NCBI GenBank assembly: GCA_018816705.1
Contig: JAHIVG010000004.1
Coordinates: forward strand, 1-63,756
Direction: 5' to 3'
Length of the DNA: 63,756 nt
Source: Nanobdellota archaeon
GTDB taxonomy: Archaea; Nanobdellota; Nanobdellia; Woesearchaeales; JAHIVG01
The position numbers and the translations under genes were made by a program. How positions within the stretch are numbered: position 1 is the stretch's first letter; each line of letters starts with the position of its first letter. Shown in pieces: positions 59,797 through 63,756 of this stretch. Under the pieces are notes generated by a model that saw nothing but the letters and a program-made list of their open reading frames with translations, was not told the origin of the DNA and searched no databases.

Positions 59797-62507
59797 GACG
59801 CGGCGTGTTCTTCATAATAGACGCCTTCCTGGCTGTCATGCTCCTGTTCGTGGCTGTCATAGTCATCTCCACCTATTTCGTGACAGAGGAGGAGACCACC
59901 CAATCGGAGTTCCTCAGCAGGGATTCGGTGGACCTGCTGGCGGAGGTCAAGATAAAGGACCTCGACCAGGACTCAATCAATCAGATAACCGCCCTCGGTT
60001 CGGCCTACAAGATGAACTACACCGTTCTCGAGCAGATAGCCCTCTTCTGGATCAAGAATGAGACAGACGCTGCGAGGGAGCTGTCAAGGATCATCTTCGG
60101 CAACTACATCCCCGAAAGGTACGGCTACAGCGTCATGGTCGGGGGCCAGATGGTCCATTCGAGGAACATCTCCAAGCAGACCGCTGTCAGGAGCGCCTCG
60201 CATATGGTCTCGGGCATCGAGCAGGACAAGCCGGTTGAGGGCTACACGGCAAGGGTGTACCTGACCACCTCGCCGTACAGGAAGGTCTCTTCTTACATCT
60301 ATTTCGGCGGCTTCGTCGGAGAGGGCAACCTCAGCGCAGAGATAATGCTCCCGGATAACTACACCAACATGATCGAGGTCTACTTCGAGGGCGTGCTGAG
60401 CACCGACGCGCTGCTTTCCGTCAACGACCAGTACGCCCAGACCCTGCACAGGAAGGCCCTGTCAGACATGGATGCTGACAACTACACGCTGTCCACTGCA
60501 GTGCACTCGCTGTTCCAGCCCGGGAGGAACACCATCAACATAACCTTCAACGTCACCCAGGCGAACCAGTCGCTCGGCTTCATCGGCGGCGGCTACCTCA
60601 GGGTTGACACCAACACCACAGCCCAGTTCGATCCCAGGAGGTATGACATCGACAATTCCACGCAGAGGCAGTATTTCACGGGAATCGACGGCCTGATCAA
60701 CATCTATGATTCGATATATGTCGGAGGTGACCTGAAGCAGATGAGCCTCTACCTCCATTATGATTCCAATTTCAGCAGCTACAACTCGAGCAACTTCTCC
60801 ATCTACCTGAATGTCGGCAACGTGACCGTCTTCATGGACAACAACGTTACGGGTGAGGAGTACGTCAACATCTCAGATTCCCAGCTCAGCAGCAAGCTCA
60901 ACTACTCTGCGTTGAGCGGCCAGACCATACCCATTAGGATGGGGTCCAGCGGCATCAACTACTCTGAATACGACGCTGGCAACAATGATGTCATCCTGGT
61001 CACAGACCTTTCCGGCAGCATGCAGTGGAGGTTGACTTCAAACGTGAACGGTAACATTGTCAATGATTGTTCCGACCCCCAGATCTATGATTCCGACACG
61101 AGAAGGATAAGCTTAGCCAAGTGCCTTGATAAGGACTTCGTCAGCCTCATCCTTAACCTTAGCGGAAACCGCGTCGGGCTCGTGGGATTCAACATCGACG
61201 CTTACACATGGGATAGCCTGACGACTGACGTGAGTTCCCTCATAAGCTCCATCAACAACTACCCGGACAGCCCCTCCGATGGCACCTGCATCTGCTGTGC
61301 GATCAATAGGGCATACAACATACTCAATTCTGAGAGCAACGCTTCAAGGAACAAGTTCATAATCGTCATGAGCGATGGCATCCCCGGCAGGAGGTGCATC
61401 GGCTCTGGGGCATGCTCAACCAGCTTCAAGGGAACAAGCACCTCCGGAAGCTTCTGCTGCAGCGGCAACTCTGGAGATTGCAACAATCCTTCGTGCAACG
61501 GACCGAGCAAGAACGCGAACTGGAGCTCATGGAGAGCCCACGACGATCTGAACGCCACGGTCCATGCCATAGGCTTCGGCCCCGTATCGAGCTGCTACCT
61601 CGCAAATTTCACATTGAACAACGTGGCTGAGTCTGGGGACGGTGAGTATTATGCGAGCAGCAATGCCACCGAGCTGCAGGACATCTACATGGGCCTGGCA
61701 AATAACATATTGACGTATACATACAAGGCCCAGGCGATAATCCTGACAGGCAACCTCATCAAGTCCAGGCTCTTCCCGGACTCGCATTTCGAGCTGAACT
61801 TCACGCCCTATGTGAACATCGAATCAGCCGGTGATATACCCCTCTCGGTCGAGCTCCCGCCTTTCAACAACAATTTCACCAACGGCACCTTCCGTATCCC
61901 GCCCAACATCACCCTCGCTGAGGTGCTCGTCACCTCCTACTCAGGCGACAGGTGGACCAATGACGTGATCGTGTTCGGTGATACATCGACAGTAGTGCCC
62001 TACAACCTCTCTTCTTATGGCTCTAACTACCGTCTGCTAGGTGATCCGTTCATCGTCCAGATCCCGCCCAACTATTTCGAGTCTGGCACCAACGTGACTG
62101 TGAGGATTGACACCGGGCTCTCGCCGGACAATGTCTCTGGCGGCTCACCTGATAACAGGCTGATCTTTACCGTTCTGGCGAGGACCAATGCCGAGTCAGA
62201 GGGAGTCGGTGCATTGGCAGATGGCTGCACATGGGATATCCGCTTTGAGGATGGCTCCGCCCTCAATGCTACTATACCAGCCGACTATTCCGGTAACAAT
62301 CAGTGCAGGTTCTTCAACGCCAGCTATGACCGCGATGATGCCATAGAGAGCGCTGCCTTCATCCTGTTCAGCCAGCTGGACCTGGACGGCGACGGCCTCC
62401 TCGACATAAGGTTCGACAAGCAGTCCCTCAACACGAACGTGCTGGTAACTTCAGGTGTGCCGTATCTCTGGGGTCCCACACTTGTGGAGGTGAGGGTATG
62501 GCAGTAG
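59787..62507 (+). CDS. Pilin-anchored vWA-domain protein, paralog C (906 aa; uninterrupted vWA)
   Basis: N-terminus MAMRRG|VFFIIDAFLAVMLLFVAVIVISTYF. VILVTDLSGSM (D407) ... FIIVMSDGIPG (D530), ..VHAIGFG.. and ..LQDIYMGLANNI. A Cys-rich loop follows the SDG. N- and C-terminal modules are shared with A and B. Confidence 0.8.
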   Translation: MAMRRGVFFIIDAFLAVMLLFVAVIVISTYFVTEEETTQSEFLSRDSVDLLAEVKIKDLDQDSINQITALGSAYKMNYTVLEQIALFWIKNETDAARELSRIIFGNYIPERYGYSVMVGGQMVHSRNISKQTAVRSASHMVSGIEQDKPVEGYTARVYLTTSPYRKVSSYIYFGGFVGEGNLSAEIMLPDNYTNMIEVYFEGVLSTDALLSVNDQYAQTLHRKALSDMDADNYTLSTAVHSLFQPGRNTINITFNVTQANQSLGFIGGGYLRVDTNTTAQFDPRRYDIDNSTQRQYFTGIDGLINIYDSIYVGGDLKQMSLYLHYDSNFSSYNSSNFSIYLNVGNVTVFMDNNVTGEEYVNISDSQLSSKLNYSALSGQTIPIRMGSSGINYSEYDAGNNDVILVTDLSGSMQWRLTSNVNGNIVNDCSDPQIYDSDTRRISLAKCLDKDFVSLILNLSGNRVGLVGFNIDAYTWDSLTTDVSSLISSINNYPDSPSDGTCICCAINRAYNILNSESNASRNKFIIVMSDGIPGRRCIGSGACSTSFKGTSTSGSFCCSGNSGDCNNPSCNGPSKNANWSSWRAHDDLNATVHAIGFGPVSSCYLANFTLNNVAESGDGEYYASSNATELQDIYMGLANNILTYTYKAQAIILTGNLIKSRLFPDSHFELNFTPYVNIESAGDIPLSVELPPFNNNFTNGTFRIPPNITLAEVLVTSYSGDRWTNDVIVFGDTSTVVPYNLSSYGSNYRLLGDPFIVQIPPNYFESGTNVTVRIDTGLSPDNVSGGSPDNRLIFTVLARTNAESEGVGALADGCTWDIRFEDGSALNATIPADYSGNNQCRFFNASYDRDDAIESAAFILFSQLDLDGDGLLDIRFDKQSLNTNVLVTSGVPYLWGPTLVEVRVWQ

Positions 62508-63454
62508 GCAGGCGGGGTGTGATCTTCACGTTCATATCCATAACTGTGCTGTTCTTCACGATAACCTTCATCTACAACACTTCGCAGTACAGGCTGAGGG
62601 ACAACATCTTCCTTGCAGAGTCCAGGATAATCGCCCTGGACCGCTTCATCTCTGATACAGAATCAGATCTCGAGCGTGCGCTTTACATCGCTGCCTTCAG
62701 GACGCTTCTTGCCATGAACCCGCAGGATGCCGCTGACGATTACATCACAGACATCGACGATAAGTTCCACGAGATGATGATATACGGCAATCTCGACGGG
62801 CAGCCGAGGGCTCTCATAAACGACTCGAACATACTGTTGTGGACCGAGAAGATGGAGGCGCAGGGCTCGAAACTGAGCATCCTCTTCAGCCTGACACCGC
62901 TCAACATCGATGTGCATATGGTCTCACCCTGGGATGTCGAGGTAGAGCTGGACTCCACGCTTGAGGTCGAGGACATAGGCGGGGCTGCCAAGTGGGTGAG
63001 GAACATCACGACCAGGACCAAGGTCAACATCATAAATTTCCCCGACCCTGTGTACGGTCACGGCGGCGCCCAGCCGAACATCATCAAGGAGTCCGTGTAT
63101 ACTATCGAGGAGATCCGGACGAATGACGATAAGCTCAAGGAGCATTGGGAATCCCAAAGATACTTGCCCTGCCCCGGCGCTCCGGACTACATCCAGCGCC
63201 TTGGCGGCCAGCTCGGGGGGAAATCCGAGTACGGCATCGAGAGCCTCGCTTTTCCGAGCAATTACCTTCCGGGCCCAGACATCAAGAACAAGAGCATGGT
63301 CGACCATATATACTGGAGCTCTGCCAACCCAATCCACTGCCCTGTGGACGTCATACCCAGCCTCAGGATGGACAACACCGAGATAACAGTAGGTGTGGTG
63401 GGGCGATGGGACTTCTACGACGTCAACGTCGACGACGCCAGGTGCAGCACTTAA
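62498..63454 (+). CDS. Pilin-like N-terminus protein (318 aa), last gene of the operon
   Basis: MAVGRRG|VIFTFISITVLFFTITFIY. 10-nt overlap with paralog C. The globular part is unrecognised. Confidence 0.6.
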   Translation: MAVGRRGVIFTFISITVLFFTITFIYNTSQYRLRDNIFLAESRIIALDRFISDTESDLERALYIAAFRTLLAMNPQDAADDYITDIDDKFHEMMIYGNLDGQPRALINDSNILLWTEKMEAQGSKLSILFSLTPLNIDVHMVSPWDVEVELDSTLEVEDIGGAAKWVRNITTRTKVNIINFPDPVYGHGGAQPNIIKESVYTIEEIRTNDDKLKEHWESQRYLPCPGAPDYIQRLGGQLGGKSEYGIESLAFPSNYLPGPDIKNKSMVDHIYWSSANPIHCPVDVIPSLRMDNTEITVGVVGRWDFYDVNVDDARCST

Positions 63455-63621
63455 GCTTGGTCCTTCATCAATGAGTACAACACTTTACGTGCACCCGTTA
63501 CTTCTTTATCAGGCACTGACTATATGAGGGTTGGTGTGGGCATTGGGTTGGTAGCATATGGGGACATGTAGTTTTGCGAGGCATGCGGTGGTTCTGGTGG
63601 ACATCAATATGGGACATGTCA

Positions 63622-63693
63622 TAGAAATCCTAAAATCCGACTACCCAGCCCTGAAGGACTGGGCTTGCGTCGGATTTTCGAGACGGATTTCTA
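63622..63693. repeat. Compound inverted repeat / extended hairpin downstream of the operon
   Basis: TAGAAATCC-T-AAAATCCGAC ... GTCGGATTTT-CGAGAC-GGATTTCTA has perfect 9- and 10-nt arms. An inner CCCAG/CTGGG stem is also present. Confidence 0.5.
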
Positions 63694-63756
63694 GGACACA
63701 AAAAAAGCAGAAAACCATAATACTAACAAACGCATTCATCCTCACCCTGAAGGGCA

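Noticed and set aside
1-63756. Search for rRNA, tRNA, CRISPR arrays, IS elements and integrases
   Set aside because: I saw no cloverleaf-like GC-rich ~75-nt islands in the intergenic regions. I saw no regularly spaced 25-40-nt direct repeats and no transposase- or integrase-like ORFs. The only mobile-looking feature is the HEPN/MNT cassette. A tRNAscan/Infernal run would be needed for certainty.

Overview
This 63.8 kb window looks like a compact, gene-dense archaeal chromosome segment. That assignment is an inference from several features: a Sec11-type signal peptidase, a type-2 methionine aminopeptidase, MoaB, and class III signal-peptide pilins. BRE/TATA-like boxes lie about 25-31 nt upstream of many first-gene ATGs, which suggests leaderless mRNAs. 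GGAGG/GGGGTG Shine-Dalgarno sites occur inside operons, and many genes overlap by 4 nt (ATGA). GC is roughly 50-55% by eye, with a few lower-GC islets. I recognised no rRNA, tRNA or CRISPR array.

Layout:
- (i) 2-10256: six co-directional ORFan proteins, namely a large protein, a coiled-coil protein, a 367-aa protein and three tandem paralogs.
- (ii) 10253-16176: a tungsten/molybdenum cofactor island with a ModE-like HTH, a MoaA-MoaC fusion, MoaB, a TupABC-like transporter, MoeA and a MOSC protein.
- (iii) 16-34 kb: housekeeping genes (hisS, GT2, map, maf, signal peptidase, purS-purQ-purL, folC, GDPD) mixed with a RelE toxin-antitoxin pair, a Cys-rich membrane-anchored paralog pair, an orphan receiver domain and several hypothetical genes.
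- (iv) 34-42.4 kb: an amidinotransferase-fold enzyme and a membrane-embedded spermidine-synthase-like protein. These are followed by an AmmeMemoRadiSam trio carrying export signals, a HEPN/nucleotidyltransferase cassette inserted at the amrBA/tatC junction, and tatC-tatA.
- (v) 42.6-49.5 kb: a CPA2 antiporter, a Trm11-like methyltransferase, a FabD-like acyltransferase, a HAD hydrolase and ahcY.
- (vi) 49.5-63.5 kb: the most unusual region, an eight-gene translationally coupled operon. Every product starts with a class III (prepilin-like) signal peptide. Three are giant paralogs (1363, 1402 and 906 aa) with von Willebrand A domains, nested insertions, dense N-glycosylation sequons and DxDxDG loops.

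The best candidates for an undescribed system are (vi) first and (i) second. All family assignments rest on motif recognition by eye. No database searches were run, and start codons were refined manually from the ORF track.
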